A DNA stretch of 64,000 nucleotides. Source: an uncultured Pelagibacteraceae bacterium. Its GTDB lineage: Bacteria > Pseudomonadota > Alphaproteobacteria > Pelagibacterales > Pelagibacteraceae. Location: assembly GCA_902538745.1 (NCBI GenBank), contig CACBGP010000002.1:15196-79195 (forward strand). The letters are read 5' to 3'. Below the pieces are notes generated by a model. It did not search any database, was not told where the DNA came from, and saw only the letters and a program-made list of their open reading frames with translations. Shown here piece after piece: positions 9,365 to 16,671 of this stretch (within the stretch, counting starts at the first letter, position 1; the number at the start of each line of letters is the position of its first letter). Both the position numbers and the translations under genes were made by a program.

Positions 9365-9867
9365 TTAAAAAAACTTTATTATTGTCTTTATTTTTTATTT
9401 TTTTTTCAATTACAAAAACCCTAGCTGAAGATCTTAAAAAAATTGGAAAATATAAAGATTGGGAAACCATAGTGCTAGCAGAAACATCGGGTAAAGTTTG
9501 TTTTGCTCAATCCTCACCAATTTTACAATCTCCAAAAACAAGCAAAAGAGATGCAAGGCTCTTTGTGACATTCAGACCAGATGAAAAAATTACTAATGAG
9601 ATAAGCACAACTGCTGGATATGAATTTAATAAGAATAATAGTGTTCTTGCTACATCTGGAAATAACAAATTTAAATTTGATATCAAACAACAAGGTTTCG
9701 CTTGGATGACCAGTAATAAAAAAGAAAAGATAATGGTTAGAGTGATGAAAAAAGGTTCTAGAATTATGGTTACTGGTTATAACGAAAAAGGTTCTCAAAC
9801 AATTGATCATTATTCATTATTAGGTTTCACCAAAGCATATAACACAGCGAAAAAAGCTTGTAGTTAA
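9355..9867 (+). CDS. Invasion-associated locus B (IalB) family exported protein
   Basis: Signal peptide, YKDW..C, DHYSLLGFTKAY..AC; family pattern recognised by eye. Confidence 0.75.
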   Translation: MPIIKKTLLLSLFFIFFSITKTLAEDLKKIGKYKDWETIVLAETSGKVCFAQSSPILQSPKTSKRDARLFVTFRPDEKITNEISTTAGYEFNKNNSVLATSGNNKFKFDIKQQGFAWMTSNKKEKIMVRVMKKGSRIMVTGYNEKGSQTIDHYSLLGFTKAYNTAKKACS

Positions 9868-9870
9868 TTA

Positions 9871-11055
9871 ATGACACAAAAGAGGAGAATTGTATTAGCT
9901 TATTCTGGAGGACTAGATACCTCTATAATACTTAAATGGCTCCAAGAAAATTACAATGCCGAAGTAATCTGTTACACAGCTAATATTGGTCAAGAGATAG
10001 ATAAAAAAAAGATAATCAAAAATGCAAAAAAATTTGGAGTAAAAAATATTATAATAAAAAACTTAAAAAATGTTTTTGTTAAAGATTATGTTTTTCCGAT
10101 GATCAGAGGTCACGCAATTTATGAGGGTGTATATTTATTGGGTACCTCTATCGCAAGACCTTTAATAGCAAAAGATCAAATACGAGTTGCAAAAAAATAT
10201 AAAGCATATGCAGTATCTCATGGGGCTACTGGTAAAGGAAATGATCAAGTCAGATTTGAGCTTGGATATCATTATTTTGGTCCAAAGATTAAGATAATAG
10301 CACCATGGAGAATTTGGAGATTAAAATCTAGAACTGATCTTATTGAATATGCAAAAAAATATAAAATACCGATACCTAAAGATAAAATGGGTTCCACACC
10401 TTTTTCTGTTGATGACAATTTGTTTCATACTTCTACTGAGGGAAAAGTTTTAGAAAATCCTAAAAATTCTGCTCCAGAAATTATTTTTCAAAGAACAGTT
10501 TCTGCAGAAAAAGCTCCTAATAAACCCTCATTTATATCCATAAATTTTAAAAATGGAGACCCAGTTGGTATTAATGGAAAAAAATATAATCCTGAGAAAA
10601 TTTTAACAAAACTTAATTTAATAGCTGGTAAAAACGGTATAGGAAGAGTTGATTTAGTTGAAAATAGATTTCTTGGTATAAAATCTAGAGGAGTTTATGA
10701 AACACCTGGTGGTACACTTCTTATTCAAGCACATAGAGCTATAGAGTCTGTAACATTAGACAAAAACACAATGCATAAAAAAGACTCTATCATGTCTAGA
10801 TATGCAGAATTAATTTACAATGGATATTGGTTTTCAAAAGAGAGGTTTAAACTTCAAAAAATCGTCGACCTCAAAAGAAATAAAGTAAATGGAACTGTAA
10901 AACTTAAGCTTTATAAAGGAAATATTATTATTCAATCAAGAATTACAAAAAGTAAAGCATATTCAATGAAAAAAGTTTCATTTGAGGAAAATAAATCTTT
11001 CAATAAATCTAATGTTGAAAAATTCATTAATTTTCATAAAAAAAAATTGAGATAA
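9871..11055 (+). CDS. argG: Argininosuccinate synthase
   Basis: LAYSGGLDTS, HGATGKGNDQVRFE, and ENR..GIKSRGVYETPGG. Confidence 0.97.
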   Translation: MTQKRRIVLAYSGGLDTSIILKWLQENYNAEVICYTANIGQEIDKKKIIKNAKKFGVKNIIIKNLKNVFVKDYVFPMIRGHAIYEGVYLLGTSIARPLIAKDQIRVAKKYKAYAVSHGATGKGNDQVRFELGYHYFGPKIKIIAPWRIWRLKSRTDLIEYAKKYKIPIPKDKMGSTPFSVDDNLFHTSTEGKVLENPKNSAPEIIFQRTVSAEKAPNKPSFISINFKNGDPVGINGKKYNPEKILTKLNLIAGKNGIGRVDLVENRFLGIKSRGVYETPGGTLLIQAHRAIESVTLDKNTMHKKDSIMSRYAELIYNGYWFSKERFKLQKIVDLKRNKVNGTVKLKLYKGNIIIQSRITKSKAYSMKKVSFEENKSFNKSNVEKFINFHKKKLR

Positions 11056-11064
11056 CTTAAGAAA

Positions 11065-11091
11065 AATTGACAATTTTTTACATTGTCAATT
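11065..11091. promoter_or_regulatory. Perfect 10-bp inverted repeat (candidate operator, or weak argG terminator)
   Basis: AATTGACAAT-N7-ATTGTCAATT, 25 nt upstream of the first gene of the island. Confidence 0.45.
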
Positions 11092-11116
11092 CTGAAAAAA
11101 AACATAACTTAGTTTT

Positions 11117-11569
11117 ATGGACAGTTTAAAAAAATGGATGCAAGACTCGGCTAATATATTATTTGATGATAGTAAAAACGATTTAAGATCATTACCTAAA
11201 GCTGTTAGATTACAAATATTATTAGTTCTAAGTTTTATATGGACGACTGTATTTAGTTTGTATGTATTTTCATATACAACTTTTGCTTTTGGCTGGGCTG
11301 GAACATACTTGGCTCATGTGGGTCTCATATTTGCGGTCTATATGACATTTAAACAGTTCCATAAAGCCGAAGAAAAGTCGACCAGCGTCTTTCAAACAAA
11401 AAATTTTGATCCATTTAAAATTATGGTTATTGTATTTGTTATAGTATTTATTTTTGTTTTTTCTAAGGGTATAGAAGTTTTAACAAATACTAACTCGTAT
11501 ACTATTCCATATGATGGTCCATCAAAATCAGTATTTGAAAAATGGTTGCCATTTAGTAAAGACAAATAA
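11117..11569 (+). CDS. Hypothetical membrane protein (about 3 TM)
   Basis: 150-aa ORF with hydrophobic helices; its stop overlaps the next start (TAATG). Confidence 0.75.
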   Translation: MDSLKKWMQDSANILFDDSKNDLRSLPKAVRLQILLVLSFIWTTVFSLYVFSYTTFAFGWAGTYLAHVGLIFAVYMTFKQFHKAEEKSTSVFQTKNFDPFKIMVIVFVIVFIFVFSKGIEVLTNTNSYTIPYDGPSKSVFEKWLPFSKDK

Positions 11570-11949
11570 TGGAAAAAATAGCTAAGAATTTACAACTTAT
11601 ACTAATGTGCATTATTTTAATAAGTACAGTAATTGCTGTTGGTATTGAAATTTATAAAATGTATCAAAACATGTCTGTAACATTAGCTGACTTGTTATTA
11701 ATGTTTCTTTATTTAGAAGTTCTTGCAATGGTTAGAGTTTTTTGGAACCAACAATCAATCAGTATTACATTGCCACTACTAATAGCAATTACTGCACTTG
11801 CTCGATTTATTATTCTTCAAGGTAAAGAGATGGACCCTACTGCATTAGTTTATGAGGCAGTTGCAATAGTTCTAATTGCTGGTGCAATTGTAATCTTGAG
11901 ATTAAGACATAGTGATAAATTAGGTCTTAAGAAAAAAAAATCTAAATAG
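11569..11949 (+). CDS. PsiE-family (phosphate-starvation-inducible E) membrane protein
   Basis: LADLLLMFLYLEV and PLLIAITALAR motifs, 4 TM. Confidence 0.85.
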   Translation: MEKIAKNLQLILMCIILISTVIAVGIEIYKMYQNMSVTLADLLLMFLYLEVLAMVRVFWNQQSISITLPLLIAITALARFIILQGKEMDPTALVYEAVAIVLIAGAIVILRLRHSDKLGLKKKKSK

Positions 11950-11955
11950 TTTTAA

Positions 11956-13095
11956 ATGAATTTTGAACCCTCAAGGGCTAAGGCCTTAGATCGATTAGAA
12001 AGTTTTGTTGAAAACAATCTTGCAGAATATTCAAAGCTTAGGAATTTTGATTTTGGTCCAGAAAAAAGATCAAATGTTTCCTGTTTATCACCATATATTA
12101 GTCACGGAATTGTTAATGAACAGGAGATCATCAAAAAATCTCTAGGCAAATTTTCTTTCTCAAAAAATGAAAAATTTATACAAGAAGTATTATGGCGCAC
12201 CTATTGGAAGGGCTGGTTAGAATTAAGACCAAATGTTTGGTCAGATTATTTGACAGAATTAACTAAGATTAAGAAAGATTTAAAAAATAATCAAAATTAT
12301 AAAAATGCAATTGAAGGAAAAACAAAGATAGATTGCTTTAATCAATGGGTAATCGAACTAAAAGAAAATAATTATTTACACAATCATACTAGGATGTGGT
12401 TCGCTAGTATTTGGATTTTTACTCTAGAATTACCTTGGCAATTAGGAGCAGAATTTTTTATGCAACATCTCTATGACGGCGATGCTGCATCCAATACTCT
12501 TGGATGGAGATGGGTTGCTGGAGTTCAAACACAAGGAAAACATTATTTGGCGAGCGAATGGAACATTAAAAAATTCACTACTAACAGATTCAATAATATT
12601 AAGTTAAATGAAAAGGCTCCTCCAAAAGTATCTGAAAAAACTTACTCAATAATAAAACAAGATTTTAGTAATCCTCAAAATATTGAAGATAAAAGTCTAC
12701 TAATTTTTGATAACAATCTCTCTTTTGAAATTACTGATTTTCAAAATTACAAATTTAAAAAAATTTATTTAATTTCAAATGAAAATAATAATAGATCTAT
12801 TAAGCTGAGTGAAAAAGTTGTAAAATTTAAATCCCTTTTAATTGAAGACCAAGAACAAAGGTTAAAAGCCAAGTCTATTGATTATGAGGTAGTCAATATA
12901 AGCAAAATAGAAGATATTCAAAACTGTTATGGTTTATATCCCTCAGTTGGTGAAAATTTAGATTATTTAAATTTAAATAGCTCAAAAATAACTTTTTTAT
13001 ATAGAAAACTTGATCAGTATTCTTGGCAATATTGCAACAAAGGTTTTTTTAATTTTAAAAATTATATTCCAAAAATAATTTCAACTTTCAATTAA
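11956..13095 (+). CDS. Photolyase with N-terminal FAD-binding domain (inverted domain order, NewPHL/short-photolyase-like)
   Basis: Begins directly with the helical domain: RNFDFG..VS.LSPY, KFIQEVLWR, YLHNHTRMWFAS, DGDAASNTLGWRWVAG. A divergent C-terminal region of about 140 aa follows. Confidence 0.85.
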   Translation: MNFEPSRAKALDRLESFVENNLAEYSKLRNFDFGPEKRSNVSCLSPYISHGIVNEQEIIKKSLGKFSFSKNEKFIQEVLWRTYWKGWLELRPNVWSDYLTELTKIKKDLKNNQNYKNAIEGKTKIDCFNQWVIELKENNYLHNHTRMWFASIWIFTLELPWQLGAEFFMQHLYDGDAASNTLGWRWVAGVQTQGKHYLASEWNIKKFTTNRFNNIKLNEKAPPKVSEKTYSIIKQDFSNPQNIEDKSLLIFDNNLSFEITDFQNYKFKKIYLISNENNNRSIKLSEKVVKFKSLLIEDQEQRLKAKSIDYEVVNISKIEDIQNCYGLYPSVGENLDYLNLNSSKITFLYRKLDQYSWQYCNKGFFNFKNYIPKIISTFN

Positions 13096-13313
13096 AACCA
13101 CCTAAACATTCCGATAATTCCTGCTGTTGCGTAAAAAAATTGTAAAAATAATATTCCTCTATGACCACCTCTATACGCCCAAATTCCGATTAAAATTGCA
13201 GATAAAAGTAATAAACAAAAACCAAAAAATTCAATACCAATATTCATAGCTACGAATAATGAATATAATATTGCTGTTATAACTCCTGCCCATTCAAAAA
13301 TCTTATTATCCAT
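13092..13313 (-). CDS. Small 3-TM membrane protein
   Basis: 73 aa, three hydrophobic segments, ends YATAGIIGMFRWF. Confidence 0.7.
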   Translation of the reverse strand: MDNKIFEWAGVITAILYSLFVAMNIGIEFFGFCLLLLSAILIGIWAYRGGHRGILFLQFFYATAGIIGMFRWF

Positions 13314-13318
13314 AATTT

Positions 13319-14020
13319 TTATCTCGCAAGTTTAATAAAAATATCACCCATGCCTGCCTCTAAATTCTCTATGGGTGTATTATTTCTAAATTCACAAAAT
13401 CTACCAGTTATCTGATGACTTTTTACAAAATCTATCTCATCTTTTCTGCAGCTTTTACCGTTATGCAATAAACCAATTACTATTCGGCCATTTAAATCAT
13501 AAACTTGTTTGTTATTTATTTTCTCTCCAACACAAAAATAATCTTTATTAACCCTATTTGGAAAATCTTCTTTGTTGCAGGGATTTTTAATTGTAAAAAC
13601 AAAAAACTCCTTGATGCCGTCTTTAAATTTATATTTCATCCTTTCGACTTCAGAATATTTCATAATATCACAAGAACACGGAATACAACATTTATAGTAA
13701 TTACCACAAATTTTATTTTTAGTTCCTCTCTCACTGATAAATAAAAAATCAGGGTCACTATTGGGATCGATCAAAGAACCAGAAACAGCACAATAAAGTT
13801 TGTTATATTCAATGAAATCTTCATAATTTATGTCTTTATCAATTATATATTTGAAGAATTTTGGACCAGCAGCATTTCTGTTGCTGTCAGGAAAGATTCT
13901 AGACCAATCTGTTATTAAATCTTTATAATAATTTTTTTCCACTGAATTTGAAATATTGGAAAAAGATAAAGTAAAGATAGAAATAATTACAAATCTAAAG
14001 ATAGCTTTTGAAAAATTCAT
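13319..14020 (-). CDS. Cysteine-rich exported hypothetical protein
   Basis: Signal peptide; NRNAAG, YCAVSGS and CCIPCSCD motifs plus further Cys residues. Confidence 0.8.
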   Translation of the reverse strand: MNFSKAIFRFVIISIFTLSFSNISNSVEKNYYKDLITDWSRIFPDSNRNAAGPKFFKYIIDKDINYEDFIEYNKLYCAVSGSLIDPNSDPDFLFISERGTKNKICGNYYKCCIPCSCDIMKYSEVERMKYKFKDGIKEFFVFTIKNPCNKEDFPNRVNKDYFCVGEKINNKQVYDLNGRIVIGLLHNGKSCRKDEIDFVKSHQITGRFCEFRNNTPIENLEAGMGDIFIKLAR

Positions 14021-14103
14021 AGATTTAATTAATTTAAAAAATTTTTATTATTTGTCGCACTTAATTTGCTTTCAAATTATAAATTTAAAGTTATTAAAGT
14101 CCA

Positions 14104-14577
14104 ATGAAAAAATTCCATATAATATTTTTAACACTTACCATGATGATTATCCCATCGATAACATTTGGAAATGTAATTGATAAATTAAATGAAACCGGTA
14201 AATTTACAAAATTAAACGAGACCTTAATGAAATCAGGATTAGGTGAGAATTTAAAAGGTGAAGGACCATTTACTGTTTTTGCACCTTTAGATGACGCATT
14301 TGCAGCAATTAGTGCACAAACATATTATGGTCTGTTGAGAGAGGAAAACAAAGATAAACTTGTAAATATTTTAGGACGACACGTTTTTTCAAAAAAAATT
14401 CCTTCTTCAGAAGTTGCAGGTGAAATTAAACTCAAAGCAATTAATGGTGAGGAAATAACTATAAAAAAAGTTAATGGTATAGTTTATATAAATGAAGCTG
14501 AAGTTGTAACTGCTGATATTGAAACTTCTAATGGTATAATCCATTTTATAAATAGAGTTCTTCAGCCCTTAAACTAG
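14104..14577 (+). CDS. Fasciclin (FAS1) domain protein, exported
   Basis: Signal peptide; H1 motif GPFTVFAP.DDAF and H2 motif ADIETSNGIIHFINRVL. Confidence 0.92.
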   Translation: MKKFHIIFLTLTMMIIPSITFGNVIDKLNETGKFTKLNETLMKSGLGENLKGEGPFTVFAPLDDAFAAISAQTYYGLLREENKDKLVNILGRHVFSKKIPSSEVAGEIKLKAINGEEITIKKVNGIVYINEAEVVTADIETSNGIIHFINRVLQPLN

Positions 14578-16020
14578 TTATTTTTGTTTTAAAGTAATTG
14601 TTTGGTTTAGATTTTTTACCGAGATTATTTTAGTTTTTCCATTTGTCCATCTAACCTCTATTTTTATATTGTTTTCATTTTTTCTAATACCATAATGAGC
14701 TACTGGTTCCATTTGGCATAGATACCCTGAACCAGAGTCAATTGTTTTTGAATGTTTTCTTAAATTTGAAATCAATGTTACTGTTGCTCCTCTGGCGGGT
14801 GCCCCATATTTATTTAGCGGTCTAATCCTTAAATATTTGTGTTCAGGATTTACCTTTGCTTTATACAAAGACAATGGCTGATCTCTGCTTTCTCCGTGGG
14901 AAACTAACAATTCTAATATGCCATCGTTATCTATGTCAGCAACTGCTGCTCCAGTTCCATATCCATCTGGTTCTAAACCAATATCGAGAGGTATTTGTTT
15001 TACCAAACCATTCTCTAAAATTCTAAAAAGTTTGTTGGGTTCACCAATATTATTCAAGAATATTTCATCATAACCATCATTATCTAAATCAGCTGAAATA
15101 ACAGTTCTTATTCTTGACGGCTCATCAAAAGGTGGCTTTGCTATATCCACAAAAAAATCATTTTTAAGTACATATGCTCTGTGAAATCCTCCCCAATTTC
15201 CATTTAAAATATCAAGTCTTCCTCGGTAATAAATATCTGACAAAGCTGTACCTCTCCCATTTTGAAGGACGTCTTGAACTCTATATTCGTATGCGACATC
15301 TAAAAATTTACCCTCTTCATTTTTGTATAAAAAATTTGCTCCTCTCTCATTGGCTGCAAATATATCAATTTTATCAGAAATGATGTGTCCAGCCACGACA
15401 GCACGTCCACCTGTAACTTTCGCCAGATTCAATTGAACAGATTTATCAACTATTATGTCGTCATTATATTCGTAATATCTTGTGGGTCCTCCGTAGTTAG
15501 CAACATATACACCATAATTGCCATCTCCTTTTCTATCAACACAAACAACTGACCTCCCAGCAGTTAAATTGAGATCTTTTTGATTTTTCTCAATTTCAAA
15601 TAAATCAATAAAATTACCATTCTCTAAGTCTATCAATCTATCTGAATATTTTTTTGTTCCACTATATGTGTCGGTGTTGAGAAAATATATTTCCTCATAA
15701 CCGTCTCTATCTATATCGCATGCAGCAACACCAATTGTTCTTCTAAATTCATCAGAAAATTTTTTTTGATTTACAATACTAATCAGTTTTCCATTCTCAT
15801 ATGATAAAGCTAAATTCAGATAACCAAATCCAGTAACTATAAAATCAAATTTTCCATCTTGATTTACATCGGTGACGGAAACTCCATAACTAAGTCTTTT
15901 AGGATTCTCAACTATTTGGCTTGTTATATCTTCAAAAAAATCAGCATTCAGATTATTTGGGATTAATAGAAAAAACAAAACTACTAATTTCTTTAAATAA
16001 TTAATTATTCTAATTTTCAT
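14578..16020 (-). CDS. CRTAC1-family protein (FG-GAP/VCBS beta-propeller plus ASPIC/UnbV domain), exported
   Basis: Repeated DxD/NxDG loops (DVNQDG, DIDRDG, DLDNDG, DIDNDG) and the C-terminal GSGYLCQMEPVAHYG...VRWTNG UnbV signature. Confidence 0.88.
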   Translation of the reverse strand: MKIRIINYLKKLVVLFFLLIPNNLNADFFEDITSQIVENPKRLSYGVSVTDVNQDGKFDFIVTGFGYLNLALSYENGKLISIVNQKKFSDEFRRTIGVAACDIDRDGYEEIYFLNTDTYSGTKKYSDRLIDLENGNFIDLFEIEKNQKDLNLTAGRSVVCVDRKGDGNYGVYVANYGGPTRYYEYNDDIIVDKSVQLNLAKVTGGRAVVAGHIISDKIDIFAANERGANFLYKNEEGKFLDVAYEYRVQDVLQNGRGTALSDIYYRGRLDILNGNWGGFHRAYVLKNDFFVDIAKPPFDEPSRIRTVISADLDNDGYDEIFLNNIGEPNKLFRILENGLVKQIPLDIGLEPDGYGTGAAVADIDNDGILELLVSHGESRDQPLSLYKAKVNPEHKYLRIRPLNKYGAPARGATVTLISNLRKHSKTIDSGSGYLCQMEPVAHYGIRKNENNIKIEVRWTNGKTKIISVKNLNQTITLKQK

Positions 16021-16543
16021 TTTTTTTACTTTTATACTTTTTCATCCAATCACCAAATATTTTTATAGCATCCTCCATACCCCTAGTTTTGTTAGGATGG
16101 TTCTTTGCTCTACCCAGCATGGTTGCAATAACATTTACCTGATACTTAATTGAACGATTTTTAATAGTTCTAATTGTGTAAAGAGCTTTTTCTTTGTTTT
16201 TGAACCCTAGCCCATGAGTAGTAGTTTTAGGATTATAATCTGAATACAGCGATAAATTTATAGGTTTAGATTTTTTACTTAATGACATTTTGTCTATAAT
16301 TTTAAAAATTGTTTTATGATTAAGTTTATTCATCTTTTTTTTAGATTTGCCATCAAAACCAATTAAATCTATTGATGATTTTTCCTGCTTATTAATTTTA
16401 CAAATTAATTTTATAAATCTTTTATGAAAATCTTTTATTTTATCTTGATATATTTTTTTCGCCTCTAGATAAATTCTATCCTTATAACTTGTTGTAGAAA
16501 CAAGTAAAATTCTACTTTTCCATTTGTATTTTTCTAAGTTCAT
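16010..16543 (-). CDS. DUF4174-like domain fused to an uncharacterised C-terminal domain
   Basis: N-terminal YKWKSRILLV...LIGFDGKSK...IDKM resembles DUF4174; the C-terminal part reads LYSDYNPKTTTHGLGFK...RAKNHP. Confidence 0.7.
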   Translation of the reverse strand: MNLEKYKWKSRILLVSTTSYKDRIYLEAKKIYQDKIKDFHKRFIKLICKINKQEKSSIDLIGFDGKSKKKMNKLNHKTIFKIIDKMSLSKKSKPINLSLYSDYNPKTTTHGLGFKNKEKALYTIRTIKNRSIKYQVNVIATMLGRAKNHPNKTRGMEDAIKIFGDWMKKYKSKKNEN

Positions 16544-16671
16544 ATTTTTTTGCTAGAACATCTTTTTGAGCAATACTTAACTCTTTCCCAATTTAGCTTC
16601 CATTTTCTTCGCCAATTGAAAGGTCTCTTACAAACAATACAGATTTTAGATGGAAGATTTTCTTTTTTCAC
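16540..16671 (-). CDS. DUF2256 family small Cys/Trp protein (43 aa)
   Basis: Not in the ORF track. Manual translation gives MKKENLPSKICIVCKRPFNWRRKWKLNWERVKYCSKRCSSKKI. Its GTG start overlaps the photolyase stop and its stop overlaps the next ATG. Confidence 0.9.
   Translation of the reverse strand: MKKENLPSKICIVCKRPFNWRRKWKLNWERVKYCSKRCSSKKI

Noticed and set aside
9871-11055. ArgG looks unusually Lys-rich, suggesting a divergent or repurposed paralog
   Set aside because: The catalytic motifs are intact and the same bias affects purH, coaE and others, consistent with AT-driven composition.
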